NCBI GenBank assembly: GCA_051047955.1
Contig: JBPGPT010000006.1
Coordinates: 248,001 to 312,000, forward strand
DNA length: 64,000 nucleotides
Source of the DNA: Cystobasidiomycetes sp. EMM_F5
Taxonomy: Eukaryota
Reading direction: 5' to 3'
In this document: positions 44,142 through 57,256 of the stretch, one piece after another
How the letters are laid out: every line of letters starts with the position of its first letter
Numbering within the stretch: the stretch's first letter is position 1
Translations under genes and position numbers: made by a program
Notes under the pieces: model-generated
What the model was told of the DNA's origin: nothing
Databases searched by the model: none
What the model saw: the letters and a program-made list of their open reading frames with translations, nothing else

Positions 44142-46674
44142 CTAGTCACTATATTGCAAATGTGAGGCTGTGGTGCGTTGTCTTGAATAAGCATAGGTCG
44201 GTACACTTTGCGAGAATGTTGTCACGTACGTGTCATAACGGATCAGATCATCAACTTCGGCTGTCGCAACATTTGCCAATTCTCTGGCTTCCATCCATAG
44301 GTAGATCTAAAGAAATACGGCAGGATGAGTTGAATGCCACGTAAAGGTGTTTTATTGCGACCTACCTTGATCATCGGAGTCAAGGAGCCCGCCTTGAGTT
44401 CTTCTCGCAACGAAGCACCAGTGCCCATCTTTCTACCCAATTGCCGCAATATCGGAAGAGCACCTTTGAATAGATCCATGTTTGGATCCAGCTGCCGACC
44501 TATGCCTTCAAGGAGCAGAATGGAAATGACTGTATTAATAAAGTCTCCCTCTAGGCGTACGTGATGCGTCCGAATGGCCTTGAGCACCTCAGACAGGATG
44601 TCGGAAATCCTGATCTGAGCGAGCGAAAACGTTCGACTCTTCACAGACAAGACGAGGTGCTGTATTTTGAGCGCAAAAGTCTCATCGTCCGTGACGAGTT
44701 CAGGGCTCTTGCATCGCTCGACCATCAGTTTACCAGCCTTGTAGCCGTCAAACTCTGCTACTGCACGGAAGAGATCGAGAAAGTTTTTACGGTTGTCGCC
44801 GTGCAGCTCCGTTACGAGACCGGTGTCCAGAAATACAATCTCTGGCTGATAGCCCTGATCTTCCAACTCTTGTAAGCGCCCTAGCCATTTCTCACGCTCG
44901 TGCGAGACGGCTCGCAGGCTGTGAGCGATGGCCGTACTATCGGCAAGCTGTATGGTCGCCAGATCCTGCTCGGGCTTGTCGAATATGCGATCGTACAATG
45001 ACCGCAGGAAAGTCTTGGTTGAAGGCTTGTAGAACTTGATCATGATGTTGCCGGGGTGGAGGTCCGCGTGAACAAAGTTGTCAAGGAGCAGCATGTTCTA
45101 CGGTAGGATGAGTGAGCAACGCAGGCGCTCGATCTGACAAAGGCGGCCTACCAAGAATGCGTCCAAGCCTAGACTCGCGATACGGTAATCGAACGGTCCT
45201 CCCCCTTCCCGGAGGAAGGCCTTCAAGGGGACCGCATCTTGATACTCTTCCACCAGTACCCTTCTGCTGGTATAGTCAACGAGGGGGCGAGGGAAATGCA
45301 CGACAGGTCGGTGGCGGAAATTGTTTTCGAATCTTGTGAGGTTGTTTGCTTCTGTCGTCAGATCCAGCTGACTACGCATCATTGATCCAAACACTTCAAC
45401 TTCTTGCGGAAACGAAAGCCATTGCATCCCGGGAAAATAGTCTATCACTTTGGCGAAAAACATCATAATCTTGAGGTCTCGATTGATAGTCTTTTCTACG
45501 TGCGGATGAAGAACTTTGATTGCAACGACAGTAGATGGTACCGTCTCTGCTTCTCGTGCCGGTGGTGCCGGTCGTGGGAGGAGACCCTTCTGCGGCGCGT
45601 GCTTCGGGCCCAAGTACTGCTGCGGGACTACAGTCGGTTTGAGAACGCCCTTGTATGCCTGCAACACATATCGATTAGCGTTTCAGCGGGTTAGAATATG
45701 CGTGTTCGGTCACCTGTGCAATTGCTCCGATACCCATCGGTGTCTCGTCAAACTCGGCAAAGATCTCCTCAAAAGGTTGACCAAAGGCTTTCTCTAGTAC
45801 TCGCTTTGTGTACCGCAAAGTATGGGGCTTGCCATTGGAATGTAGTCGACCAAACATCTCGCACAGTATATCGGGGAATAGATCCCGTCTAGACCCAGCC
45901 CATTGTGCCAGCTGGAGCCAATGTCGCTACTTTAGCTCGATTATACGATGTGAGGAGACTAGCTCGCACCTTTATAAATGTCGGACCCGCGCGCTCCATC
46001 TGCTTTACCAAGAAGCGATACCATAGCCGGGTAGTACGACGTTCTTCTGTACGCGGTTTCCGCTTGGAGGCTGCAGAACCTTGGCCAATCTCTACGAGCT
46101 CTAGGAGCAGGACGGGGGCAGTGAAGATGACGGGGAGGAAGAGTATAGCGAGAAATAGGAATCTGCGAGTCGTTCCCAGTGGTTCGATAATGTATCTTTC
46201 AATGATCCGCCAGCTCTTCCGGAGGATCCCAGCTTGCTCGCCGTCCTCGTCGAGGCCGTGCTCGTTGTGCGGCTCATCGTGCTCGGTCGTCGACTCTGCG
46301 ATATCCTGAATCTCTGCAGCCTTGCCTTTACCTCGCGGTGCAGATGCTTCTCCCTGTCGCTGATCGCCCGCGTCATCGAGGCGGATAGCTGTGAATGGCA
46401 GGAGCAGTGCAACAACTTGGCCATTTCCAGCTTGGAACCCGCTGTAACGCCCTCGATAGTCGTGTCGCTTTCCGGAAAAGTCACCCAGCCTGTGTCTGTG
46501 TTGGCTGTGGAAGCCACGAGCGTTATCGCGGCCAGCTTGGGAGGAATGAGAATAGCTGCTGCTCGCCCATCGCCGGCCAGGCCATGCATAGCTTCTTTGG
46601 CGCTGGCATCGTAGTAGACTGCTGTGTCCGAGCTGGCGTAGTAGCCGCTGGCTCGCAGATTCGCAGCTGGCCAT
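44142..46674 (-). CDS. Mitochondrial ABC1/UbiB atypical kinase (ADCK2/Cqd1-like), multi-exon
   Basis: AGPTFIKLAQWA, MGIGAIAQV, VAIKVLHP, NFVHADLHPGNI, FLDTGLV, LLEGIGRQLDP; Arg/Ser-rich presequence. Confidence 0.9.
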
Positions 46675-46959
46675 GCTCAAGTTTGGCACAGAAACAAGAG
46701 GCTTCAAAGCGAAAGAAATGGATGGATTGGCATGGAACTCATTATTGAGCACTGCTCCGGAAGCACTAGTACAACAACATTGAGAGCGAAGGGCAAGGCT
46801 GTGAAGGTCTGAAATATGCAGGCTCCGATAGTGGAGACGGTACGGATGCGACAGCTGTGCGCGAGGCGCGCAACGCAGAGTGTAGAGAGGATGTAGAATT
46901 GCGGTTGTGCGGTTGTTCTGCTGTACGTCGGGCTACTGATTAGGCCAATCTCCCTCGGC

Positions 46960-48382
46960 TTAGCCATCGATGGGCCATACGCTCTTCTTCAGATACTGGC
47001 AATAGTACGGCAAATTAGTCTGTTTTAGCTGAGAAAGCTTCTACTGGTGCTCACCTTGTTGAGTGAGAAGGCCGTCATGGTCTTGACACCAAAAATGTCT
47101 TGAAACAGCTCGTCGTTGATTATACTGTAGTGACATGTATTGTATTTCAGCACAGTCAGCCATACGCAATGACAAATTGCCCACTTTTTTCTGTTTGAAG
47201 GATCCTGCAGTTCATGCTCGCGAATGTATATCCACAGCCGCTTGACAATCTGCGGTCTTGACATTGTCGGTTCCCCACAGACCTGCTGCAAGCTTTCGCT
47301 CAGAGCCAGCGGTTTGTTGTAGCCGCCTCCTGTATTGCCACCTCCACCTTCTGTCCCATCTCCTGCTGCTCGTTTTCTCTTCTTTGGTCGGGAAGCAGGA
47401 GGAGCAGAACCCGAGTCTGCATCTTCGCTCTGACCTGTCACTCCGTCATCGTCTTCCAGATCACTGTCATTCACATAGGCCTTTGTACGAATCTTCTTGC
47501 CTGAAGCACCAATACTACGACCAGACTTGGTGGTCGTTGCACCTTTGGCCCGCCTCGACGATGACCCGGTACCTGTACCTCTGGTCGTTCTGCCACCAGC
47601 AGCGGCATTGAACTCTGCCTGTAGACGTCGAGCATACTCTTCGTCTGTCATCTGAGGTTCCGCCTTGATCTTGCTAGCTATCGGAACAGCAGGACTGGAC
47701 GGTCCCGGCTCGTCAGCTTCGAGGAGGCGTTTCTTTTGTGAGGGCGCTTTCGCTTTGTGGGCTGGACGAGGATTCCTTCCGCGGCTCCTCTTGCCATAGT
47801 CGTTGTAGTCTGACGACTGCGAGCCTTGCGACTCTCCATCCGACTCGTCCTGCTCGCTCTCCTCGTCCTTGATTGCCTTGCGCACGCTCCCTTCCCGAGC
47901 GGCGACATAGTTGGTACTGGTACCGCTCCCACTAGCCTTGGGAGGTGCCTCTGGGCTCGGCTTTGCGGCTATCGATGTTGCAGTAGTATTTGTGGAGTGC
48001 TGTCCGTTTATAGCAGTCGCATGAGGGTTTGGCAGAGTGTGCGGGTTTGTGACTGCGCCTGAGGCTTGAATAACTGCAGCACTGACCTGCTCAGCGTGCT
48101 GTTGTCCAACTTGCTCTGCTGCTCCGGAAGCTGTTGCAATGTCGTTGAATGCTTCGATGATGAGGGCGTCGAGGGCCTGTTGTAATGACAGGTCAGATTA
48201 AAGTAAACTCCAAATTACTAATCCACACTCACCTCCTTGTTCTGCTTGACCACGCCCTGTCCAAACTTGTCTGCGAGCTCCTTTCTGACGCGCTTGCTCG
48301 ATATCGTCGACAGATCCACCCCTGGAGCCTGCAGGATGGCTCGTATCTCGGCGTTGAAGACGGTCGACGCCGCTGCGTCCAT
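46960..48382 (-). CDS. DEK-C + SWIB/MDM2 domain protein (Uaf30/Tri1-like), multi-exon
   Basis: IRAILQ…LSTISSKRVRKEL (DEK-C); GGYNKPLALSESL…SRPQIVKRLWIYIREHELQDPSNRK (SWIB). Confidence 0.88.
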
Positions 48383-48534
48383 GGCGGTCGTCTCTACTTG
48401 AAACAGGGCTGGTTGTGTTTGTAATTGATCTGAGCAAAGACAACTTGTACAATTACAGTCAAAGTTGGATCCTGCTCGACTATACAAACACAAACACCAT
48501 GCTTCGTTAGGACTCTGTAATCCTCGCACCCACC

Positions 48535-49869
48535 ATGCCATCCTCCGCCAGGCTCCTCGTATGCGCTGGCGGAATATACGCCAGCTTCCTGTCTTGGGCG
48601 CTCGTGCAGGAACGACTGACATCCACGCCGTACTATGCAGACCATGCCGCCGATAATGCAGACCTCAGTCCTTCATTCTTCAGACACGTCATCTTTCTCA
48701 ACACCGTCCAGTCTGCATGCAGCGCCGTCGCAGCCCTGGCGTATATTGTGTTCGCGTCGCGCGGCAGGGTAAACACGTCCTGGAGAGGTGTGCTCGGTCT
48801 GGATGTGAGCGAGTAGCGTAATAAACCCCTCCAGACACTTCCTCTGATAAAGTTTGATATCTCTCTCGAAACGCCATAGGCCAGCCCTTTCGTCACTACC
48901 GCCGTCAAAGAGAATGGAAAGCCACCTTCTGCGAAACTGCCAAAGGTCCAGTCATCCACTACGGCAATGCTAGCGCGCTGCTTTCAGTGTGCTCTCATGG
49001 CCAGTATTGGCTCGCCATTCGGGTACGTCTCCCTACGATACATCGACTATCCTACCCAAATTCTCGGCAAGTCGTGCAAGCTAGTCCCCGTCATGCTCAT
49101 GAATATCGTCCTGTACCGTCGACGTTTCGCAGGCTACAAGTATGTCGTCGTTGCGACAGTCACCTTTGGCATCTCCCTCTTCATGCTGTACGCCCCCGCC
49201 TCAAAGCACAAGAAGGGCGCAGCAAGCAATTCCCTCCTCGGCATCGCTCTGCTGCTTGTCAACCTGCTGATCGACGGAGCCATCAACTCGACCCAGGACG
49301 AAGTTTTTGTCCGGTATCGCATCACCGGAACGCAGATGATGCTCTTTATGAATACGTTTGCCACGCTCATCACCCTCACCTCAATGCTGTTGCCCCTGCC
49401 GTACATTCCAATCATCAACCCAGCACCTCTCACAGTACACGGTTCGACGCCTCACACGGAACTGGCTAGCGCTATCGCCTTTATCCAAACCCATCCAGCA
49501 GTCTTGCGGGATATTCTCCTCTTCAGTCTTGCCGGGGCGACTGGACAGCTCTTCATATTCGACACGCTTGAAAACTTTGGATCACTCACTCTCGTCACTA
49601 TCACCGTCACGCGAAAGCTATTCACGATGCTACTGAGTCTTGTAGTCTTCAACCACAAGCTTACACCCGGTCAGTGGACCGGCGTCATGACAGTCTTTGG
49701 AGGCATCGGTATAGAGGCATACAAGAAGCGGCAGGAAAGTATAGGGAAGAGGAGGCAGAAGCTGAAAGCCATCAAGGATGGAGATATGCTCAAAGTCAAT
49801 GGTCAGCAAGGCCTCAGAAACGGTAGACTGACGCCCATAGATGATAAGGAACGTATAAAGGATCTATAA
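48535..49869 (+). CDS. HUT1: UDP-galactose transporter homologue (SLC35B1 family), 2 exons
   Basis: GIYASFLSWALVQERL, FLNTVQS, IDYPTQILGKSCKLVPVM, DGAINSTQD, TITVTRKLFTMLLS. Confidence 0.92.
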
Positions 49870-50094
49870 AATGTTAGATTGTCCTGCATAGACAAGACGC
49901 TTCAGGAGTGTCAGTCCACGGGCAGTGTACTACTGGCAATAATTACAAGCCGCGGCAGTGAAAAATGCAATCTGTGTAAGTAAGCGGGACCAGGAGCAGC
50001 AGCCACCATGTCCTTCGCTTTCACTTCGATGTAGGCATACAACAACAATTTTGCATACTGATCACACTCGGACAAGTACTGCTGACGAGCCCGG

Positions 50095-53000
50095 TCACGT
50101 CATTCGAGTCAAAGCCGGCCGAGCTGAACGGAGTTTTTGCACAACCTCCACGATCTCGTTTGCTTCAGTGCGCCAACGCGAATTGCTATCCGCCTGATCG
50201 GTTCCATCGACGTTCACCCCTTCACCCTCTTGGGCTGGTTGACTGTCGTCTAGCGCAGCTTTCCATTTTTCAATCTGCTCCACTTCCACGTCGAGAGCTT
50301 TTGCGACGTTTGAAATGTAGCTCAAATCCGATAGGAGCTGTTCCGCACCGTGCTTTGACAGAGCGCGGATGCTCGGCAATACGTCCTTGGCTATGTGCAG
50401 CAAGACAGACCTTGTGAGCGATGACAGCCAAGCAGAGACGACCGTTTCTGCATCAAGCGGCGTCGACTGTGCAGAATTGGCGCTGTTGTGCGATTGAGAG
50501 AAGCTGGAATGATGTGTACTGATAATCGGCGATTTGCGAGGGGTATGATCGATAGGGGAAGAGAGGAATTCGTTACCACTTAGACTCATGCTTGCACGAT
50601 GTCGATGCGCTTGTAAGTGGGGTGACGGCTGAGGAGACGTGTGGAGTGCAATGAGTCCCAAGCTAGAATTAGGGTGGTCTTTGCGAAGCTGTCGGATAGT
50701 GTCAGTATCGAGCCCTGGCAGTGTCTCCAGAGAAAAGCCGAGTGCATCGTCCGCGGCGTAGACTTCAAACATGCCAGGTAGATTGAACAATCCTTCGCCA
50801 ACACGCGTAATCTGCTCTGATGGCGACAAGGAGAATTTCGGAATGTTGAGATCGAAACGTGCACTTCCTTCAGGACGTACATCGCTCGACTGACTCCAAT
50901 AAGGAAGGGCCGAATAAGTCTTGAGGATGCTGAGGATGGGTGCCAAGATGATGTCGTGCAGAAAGAGTTGAGCGCCTCTTGTAAGATCAACAATCGCGTT
51001 GCGGGTCTGCAGAAATAGCAACGGCGACTGCGTAGCGGCATGGACGGTATGAGATGCGCTGTAGCCCTGCGGTAGGCTAGCATTGTGACTCTTCTCGACT
51101 ATTTCGAGGAGCTGTGACAAGCTGGCAGAATTTAGAGAAGATTGATACAGTAAAGCCAGAGCGCCTCGGGTTATACCTGGCACAACTTGATTGCGGTGAT
51201 CCTGACGAGCAGAGCGCAGAAGCCTGGCCACATCCAGTAAGCGAGATCGGAGTCTGTTTTCGATCTCTGCATTGCGATCCCATACACTTCGACACGTTTC
51301 CAGCAAGCGAAGAGCGAGCTGGAAAGACGACCAGTCTTCTTCGATCGAGTCAGCTTGTTGGTTATCATCTGTAGCTTGGACACTTGATGTAACTGCACCG
51401 TTCGCAGAGCGGCGCCGTACAAGCGCGTCCTTGACTCTGAGCAGGGTGTCTCGCTGCTTCAGCAAGTAATTCTTGAAGACGCCATCAATGGCTTCGACGT
51501 AAGCAGCAGAGCCGTAACCATACGTAAAGGCCAGCATCCTGCCATATGCTTCTTCAGCCAGGCCGAATACAGCTAAAGTTTGGCTTAAGAACGCTTTGAT
51601 TACGCCGTCGTGTACGCTTGTCGCACTTATGCTTCCGTCATCTGCGATTGAACGCCCACTAGAAACGGTCAGAAGCTGAGCCATCATATCTTGTCCGTTT
51701 GTTACTCGTTGTAGCTCAGTCTGAAGCAACCTGCTCTCCAGGTCCGCATACTCAGCCTGCCATTCAAGGAATGGCTCAAAAACAGCCGTCTCCCACGGCA
51801 GGATTGAAGGACCCTCATTTGTCCCATTGTGTTCGGGATCTTCCAAGATCCCGTTGCCTGCCGATAGTGAACCCAGCAAGGTAGATCCTGCTCGACTGTT
51901 TTGTCTATTAGCTCTGGCTTGAGACTGCCGGCGACTCCGCTGATGCTCTACTGATGGTTGTTTTACTGCTGGCGTGCCCACGACTACAGTATCGGAGGGC
52001 TGCATGCCACGTAACATGGCAAGAGAGGTCGATGTTGGCCCTTGTCCCTTCTGACTGGTCAAGCTAGTCTGTGATCCGTTGTACGAGCCTACTTGTGGGT
52101 TAGCGGATTCCACTGCGAGCTTCTGGAAGATCTGGTCGGTAGCTATAGAAAAGTCGCTAGCAGCCTTGTACAGCTTGATCAGATCTAGCAACATGCGAGA
52201 TCCATGGGTATTGGAGACTTCGGATATTCGCTGAGGAAAGGATGGAGACAGACTTTCCAAAGTTGTTTGTAAGAATGCTGAAAGTGTTGTGAGAGGATCC
52301 GGAAAGATTGCCTGAAATTGCTTTACTTCAATCTTGACAGTTTCAGACAAGGCGGAATAAAATGTGGGCAAGAAGTCGGATAATGTAATTGCCGCTTGTG
52401 CGTGGACAAGCTCGAGGCTATCTGCCTTGGCAGTTGCGCAGTCTGAGAGATTGGCCTTTTGCCATAATTTGACAATTTCTGACCCTCGCGAGTTGAAGTA
52501 GTATTTGCGATACTCCGACTCTCGCTGTATTTGGCCAAATATATTCCAATACTGCTGGCAGGCTGTAACGTCCCTTGCTTCGATAGCAGCCAAGAGGGAT
52601 GCCGATAAACCTGCCTCTAGACCGTTTTGTAAGCTGACCATCAGCGACCGTCGTTGTTCGTATTCTGGACTATTCGTAAACACGACCATGGACTTGTTGG
52701 CTTCTGACAAACGCTCGGCAGCCTTTACGTATGCTTGCTCTTGTATCAAAGACGTGACTTCGCTCTCCAAGGACGACCACGCTTCGGCTTCCTGCAGGAT
52801 ATCGCGGGCTGCTTCCATTCGCGACTTTATTGTACTGAGCACGCGGAGTCGACGCAGGACTTGGCCAGTCTCGCTCTGCGCAGTTGCTTCCACACTCTTC
52901 TTTCGTATGGAATCGAGGGTGAACCGCAACAAAAGCACATTCTCTCGCATGAGTTGTAGGTCGAAAGTGAGACGAGGTATTGTTCGTGAGACTTCCTCGA

Positions 53001-53361
53001 TGCCCCGCTCAACTTGAGCGGATGTGTCGTGTGATGCGGATTCCAGAGCACCAAGCAGAGAGCTTAGTCTAGCATCGAGTTCGAGCAATGAGAGCTGGCC
53101 GTTACGGTTGTTTAATGTTGATATGGCATTGGCAGTTCCAACATCGTCTATGCCGAGGCCTGCCATCCCATTCTGCAGCGCGTTCCCCGAAGTAGCGCTT
53201 GCCAGGACGTCGTTGACGAGAGCTGCCTCGTCGTCAAAGTCCGTCAGCATCCCAATATCGAAGAGCTCTGGCGGTCCACCAGGTCCGACGTTGAAGGCGC
53301 CGGTGCTGACGTAGGACACGTCCGCCAAGGACGCATCATATTGCCCGGAAAGGTCTGCCAT
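50095..53361 (-). CDS. COG7: Conserved oligomeric Golgi complex subunit 7, single long ORF
   Basis: 1126-aa ORF; EVSRTIPRL, IKSRMEAARDILQEAEAWSSL, PKFSLSPSEQITRVGEGLFNLP, QLLSDLSYISNV. Confidence 0.88.
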   Translation of the reverse strand: MADLSGQYDASLADVSYVSTGAFNVGPGGPPELFDIGMLTDFDDEAALVNDVLASATSGNALQNGMAGLGIDDVGTANAISTLNNRNGQLSLLELDARLSSLLGALESASHDTSAQVERGIEEVSRTIPRLTFDLQLMRENVLLLRFTLDSIRKKSVEATAQSETGQVLRRLRVLSTIKSRMEAARDILQEAEAWSSLESEVTSLIQEQAYVKAAERLSEANKSMVVFTNSPEYEQRRSLMVSLQNGLEAGLSASLLAAIEARDVTACQQYWNIFGQIQRESEYRKYYFNSRGSEIVKLWQKANLSDCATAKADSLELVHAQAAITLSDFLPTFYSALSETVKIEVKQFQAIFPDPLTTLSAFLQTTLESLSPSFPQRISEVSNTHGSRMLLDLIKLYKAASDFSIATDQIFQKLAVESANPQVGSYNGSQTSLTSQKGQGPTSTSLAMLRGMQPSDTVVVGTPAVKQPSVEHQRSRRQSQARANRQNSRAGSTLLGSLSAGNGILEDPEHNGTNEGPSILPWETAVFEPFLEWQAEYADLESRLLQTELQRVTNGQDMMAQLLTVSSGRSIADDGSISATSVHDGVIKAFLSQTLAVFGLAEEAYGRMLAFTYGYGSAAYVEAIDGVFKNYLLKQRDTLLRVKDALVRRRSANGAVTSSVQATDDNQQADSIEEDWSSFQLALRLLETCRSVWDRNAEIENRLRSRLLDVARLLRSARQDHRNQVVPGITRGALALLYQSSLNSASLSQLLEIVEKSHNASLPQGYSASHTVHAATQSPLLFLQTRNAIVDLTRGAQLFLHDIILAPILSILKTYSALPYWSQSSDVRPEGSARFDLNIPKFSLSPSEQITRVGEGLFNLPGMFEVYAADDALGFSLETLPGLDTDTIRQLRKDHPNSSLGLIALHTSPQPSPHLQAHRHRASMSLSGNEFLSSPIDHTPRKSPIISTHHSSFSQSHNSANSAQSTPLDAETVVSAWLSSLTRSVLLHIAKDVLPSIRALSKHGAEQLLSDLSYISNVAKALDVEVEQIEKWKAALDDSQPAQEGEGVNVDGTDQADSNSRWRTEANEIVEVVQKLRSARPALTRMT

Positions 53362-53684
53362 GGTCTGCGTATAAAACATGAGCTTTATGTCTGTCATTCG
53401 CCAGATTTGCCAATGGTACCTCAGGCCTGTCTGATAAATATTCAAGTCGCAGCTAGTTCCTGACAGCTCCAGCATAACGAGCCCGCGTCTACACTGTCAT
53501 AATCAGCACTCAGCCAGCTTTGAAGGCCATATTCTCAACATGCATTGGTTTGTGAAAGGGCTGAAGCTGTCGCGACTTCTTTTGGTTTCAAATGTAATCA
53601 GGCGAAAACAACTTGGCCAGAAACGAACAAGACCTGTACTATTACTACCTCTGATACTGCTCGGATATCCTGAGAATCTTCGCA

Positions 53685-55387
53685 ATGCAGCCGTCGCCGT
53701 CAAAGAAGCTCTACGCCTTCAAGCCGTCTCCGAGGACGTTTGTTTCTACGGCTCCGAGCTGTCCGAGGTGTGACAAGGTATACTGTAGAGCATATTGCTG
53801 GATGGGCTACTGGCTGACAGGTTATCACAGTCAGTGTACGCCGCAGAACAGGTGCTGGGTCCCGGTGGCCGGGTGCGTCATGGGTCGCTTGATAGTCAGA
53901 TCAAGAAGACTGAAGTGAAGCATTAACTAGGAATATCACAAACCATGCCTGCTCTGCGTGTCGTGCAAGAAGACTGTAGGACCGGGTTCGTTCGAGGAGC
54001 ATGAGGGTGATGTACGCGTGCCGGACAGTGGTGTGCAGTACGCCCTTCTGAGTCGAGATTACTCTTCCTAGCCCTACTGCAAGCATTGCTACTCCAAGAC
54101 GTTTGGTCCGAAAGGTTGGCAGACGAAGCCGTCGCATTTTACAATAACTATGCTGATTGATTGTTTCCCGATAAACAAGGATACGGACACGGCGGAGCGA
54201 TGACGGGAGAATACCACGATCCACTGCTCGCACTCTCTTCGAGGAATAGCGGATCACCTTACGGTTCACCTGCACGCACAGCTGCTCAAACCCACCGAAC
54301 CAGTAACTCTCTTTCATCAATGCGCCCGCCAGATTCTCCATCCCGCTCGGGGTCATCGGCAGTCGATAGAATCTTACGGAGAGGGAGTTCAGACCAAGAT
54401 GATGATGACCTTGATGATGATCTGAGGCACATACCGACATCGCGTGACTCGCCAGTGCAAGTTGTGCCATCGAACTCTGCGCAGAGTACGGCGGACAGAA
54501 CGGCACAAATAGCAAGCAGCGAGAAGAGATCCATTGAGAGTCCTCTGTCGCTGTTCGACAGAGCACAGCACGAACAGCAAGAATCGGCATCGAGGGATGG
54601 CGGACAGGAAGCAGAGTACGAACAAGTACAAAAATCCGTGAATACTGTGGATTCCGTTACATCAGCCATGGGCTCGGCGTCTATTTCCAGACCGACAAGT
54701 CAGCGTCCGTCCTCTCCGCTGAAGCAGGAAACAACGCCCGGCCTAGCGGCTCGACGACCTTTGCCTGTCCCGCCTCCAAAGCCGGCATTCATGAGTCAAG
54801 CAGCGTCCGCTGCTCCTCCCCCTCCTCCACGATCCATCAGTCCCACATCATCAGTTGGGAGCGGGTCGACAGCGCCATACTCTGCGAGTGGGAGCGGAAG
54901 TTCCTCGTCACATCCTCCTGCTCCACGGACTGGAGTAGGCATAAACTCAAATCTGGGAATCATAGGTGCAGCTGGACCAGATATGTGCAAACGATGTGGC
55001 ACGACTGTGTACTTTGCAGAAAAGATTGTGGCTGGGGGGCATAAGTGAGTCCACACGTTGAACTATTGTAGGTCGTAAGCTGATATACTGGATAGATGGC
55101 ATAAACGATGTCTAAGGTGTGCTACATGCTCGCGAGCGCTAGACTCGCATATGCTCGAGAGGGAGAATCTACCGTGAGTCGTACTAATGTGCGGTTTCAG
55201 AAATATACGACTGACGCTGTAAGATTCGGCATTATCCTCCATGTTCACCTTGCAGATACTGCAAGAAATGCTATGATGAACAATTTGGAGTTCGCGCTGC
55301 TGGATATGTTCTTGTCCGTAAATCTGCTCTGTGCCTGCGAATTAACACTGATAATGCATTCCGCTGCAGAGACCTGCTCTGCATTGA
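53685..55387 (+). CDS. Two-LIM-domain protein (CRP-like) with Ser/Pro-rich linker, multi-exon
   Basis: CPRCDK|SVYAAE…YHKPCLLCVSC…PYCKHCY…FGPKGYGHGG; CKRCGTTVYFAE…WHKRCLRCATC…YCKKCY. Confidence 0.9.
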
Positions 55388-55820
55388 TACCGAGCGAAAT
55401 AGGTCGCATGTAGCCCTAGTTTCGATCAATATATACTACAAGCAGAAGAAATCAGTTCTACGCCCGGCTTCTCGTCAATTATGATTCGGGCGAACCATTT
55501 GTTGACACAAAGGGCCCTCGACTTCGTGATCCATCAATGACTGTTTCCTGTTTCTTGAGCCTGCTGACATGTCTGCGCGTTTCGCAAAAACACTGCCGCA
55601 GCCACTCCCAGATCTGTGCTTTCGGTCTCATCGCTCATACACGAATCACTGCTCCGACTCTCACAGCCTCTGGTACAACACGAGCCGCAGGTGCACATAT
55701 ATGCCGTCATTTTGGGTAAGGCTCTTCTCCTCGTCCACCAGATCATCCCTCGTGACACCTATCGCCTAATTAAACAGTCACCAGTTACCTCTACTCACGC
55801 CCGTATACACGCACTTGCCG

Positions 55821-56669
55821 ATGTCTGGTTGGAATCTCAACGGCGCGCAGAGCCAGCCACCGACTACAGGTTATCGTACGCCTACTCCACCTTCTCCCCG
55901 CATAATTACGCGGTCCCTTCCGACGAGCAGATCTGACAGCGGTTTAATCCGCCAGTTCACTAATTCTTCTATTGACACATCTTATACCCCAATGATCAGC
56001 GTGACACGTGCATCCTCGAGTTCAGGCAGTCGACCGGCTTCCAGCAATTCTCGGAGGGCAGCAGGTCTATCGATGATCCGTACTGCCAGTCCGGCACCCA
56101 GCAGTCCAGCCCACCTGACGGTGGCGCCGAGAGCTGCAGACCCAACTAACACCACTCAGCGTAATGTCACGGCCATACAAGGTCCATCGCTACAGACGAC
56201 TTCCAGCAACGCGGCTCAGGGTCCACAATCGTCAGCAATCTTTGTGCAACCAGCTACTTGGGGCCCAACGCAAACGTATTTCGCTGGTCCTTCGTTTACG
56301 AGTCCTTATCGCCCCCAAATACCTGCAAGGGGCCCTCCGCCAGGACTGTCGATAAACACCGCTAGCCAGACTGCCCGGGAAACGAATCCCTCTGACTTTA
56401 CGATCTACCTAATTATTGAGAAGACACTCGGCTCTAAATATACGGCGACTCTGCGTCGAGGGCTAGGATCTCTGCCACTGAGAACCACGGCTCGGGTTAA
56501 ATCGGATTTGATGGTCTTAGCGCAAGGGCTTCACCCAGCCGACAAGACTGTTGCAGATCTGACGAAGCTTGGCAAGAACTCTGCCACTTATGCGAAATTT
56601 GACCCAGGCGAATGGGGCATGGATACACAGGGCAAGATATGCTGGTTGCTCGAGGATAAATTCTGGTAA
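55821..56669 (+). CDS. Array copy A: S/T/P-rich N-terminus + one copy of the unknown PGxW/CW domain
   Basis: Single ORF; C-terminal FTIYLIIEK…LMVLAQGL…TYAKFDPGEWGMDTQGKICWLLEDKFW. Confidence 0.75.
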   Translation: MSGWNLNGAQSQPPTTGYRTPTPPSPRIITRSLPTSRSDSGLIRQFTNSSIDTSYTPMISVTRASSSSGSRPASSNSRRAAGLSMIRTASPAPSSPAHLTVAPRAADPTNTTQRNVTAIQGPSLQTTSSNAAQGPQSSAIFVQPATWGPTQTYFAGPSFTSPYRPQIPARGPPPGLSINTASQTARETNPSDFTIYLIIEKTLGSKYTATLRRGLGSLPLRTTARVKSDLMVLAQGLHPADKTVADLTKLGKNSATYAKFDPGEWGMDTQGKICWLLEDKFW

Positions 56670-56928
56670 TAGCCAGCACATTCGCTCGCGCGATGACACC
56701 GACTTTCGCATTGGTATAGCTTCATGTAGTTTATACGCATCACGTAGTGTACGACAAGGTTGGCGAGGCTGTCGGAATGTAGACTTTTCGGCTCAAGTTC
56801 GAGGCTACAGATGATCGCGGAGAATGTACCCCTGGTATGCTCGTGATACTCGGCCCTGATGCTTTATCCAGTAGCAAAGTTCTTCGCACTGCTAGCTTTT
56901 GGGCTATTTGGAGGCCGGGACAGACTGC

Positions 56929-57256
56929 ATGGCGACTGCTCAATCTGCAGCCGCTACCCATCCAGAGGCACGCGCGCGCTACCCACAGCACGCTACTCTG
57001 GTGGTTTTGACGCAGTTCAGCGGTCAATTGTTCATAGGCGTCCGATACCCTCCGACTATGTCCATCTTGAGACCGTCGCCAGGCCAGCGCCAGCGGTTAG
57101 TGGAGATTGCACAGGGACTGACCCCGGATCGTGAGGAAGTGCGCCGCGTCAATAGTGGGAATACCGACACGATCATCTATCGCCAGATAGCACCCGGGCA
57201 ATGGGCCGAGAACGCCAATCGAAGTATGCTGGATATCTAGCGACATATTATATTGA
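56929..57256 (+). pseudogene. Array copy B: single unknown domain with a frameshift near 57223
   Basis: …NTDTIIYRQIAPGQWAENANR then, one base on, GTA TGC TGG ATA TCT AGC GAC = VCWISSDILY*. Confidence 0.65.
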
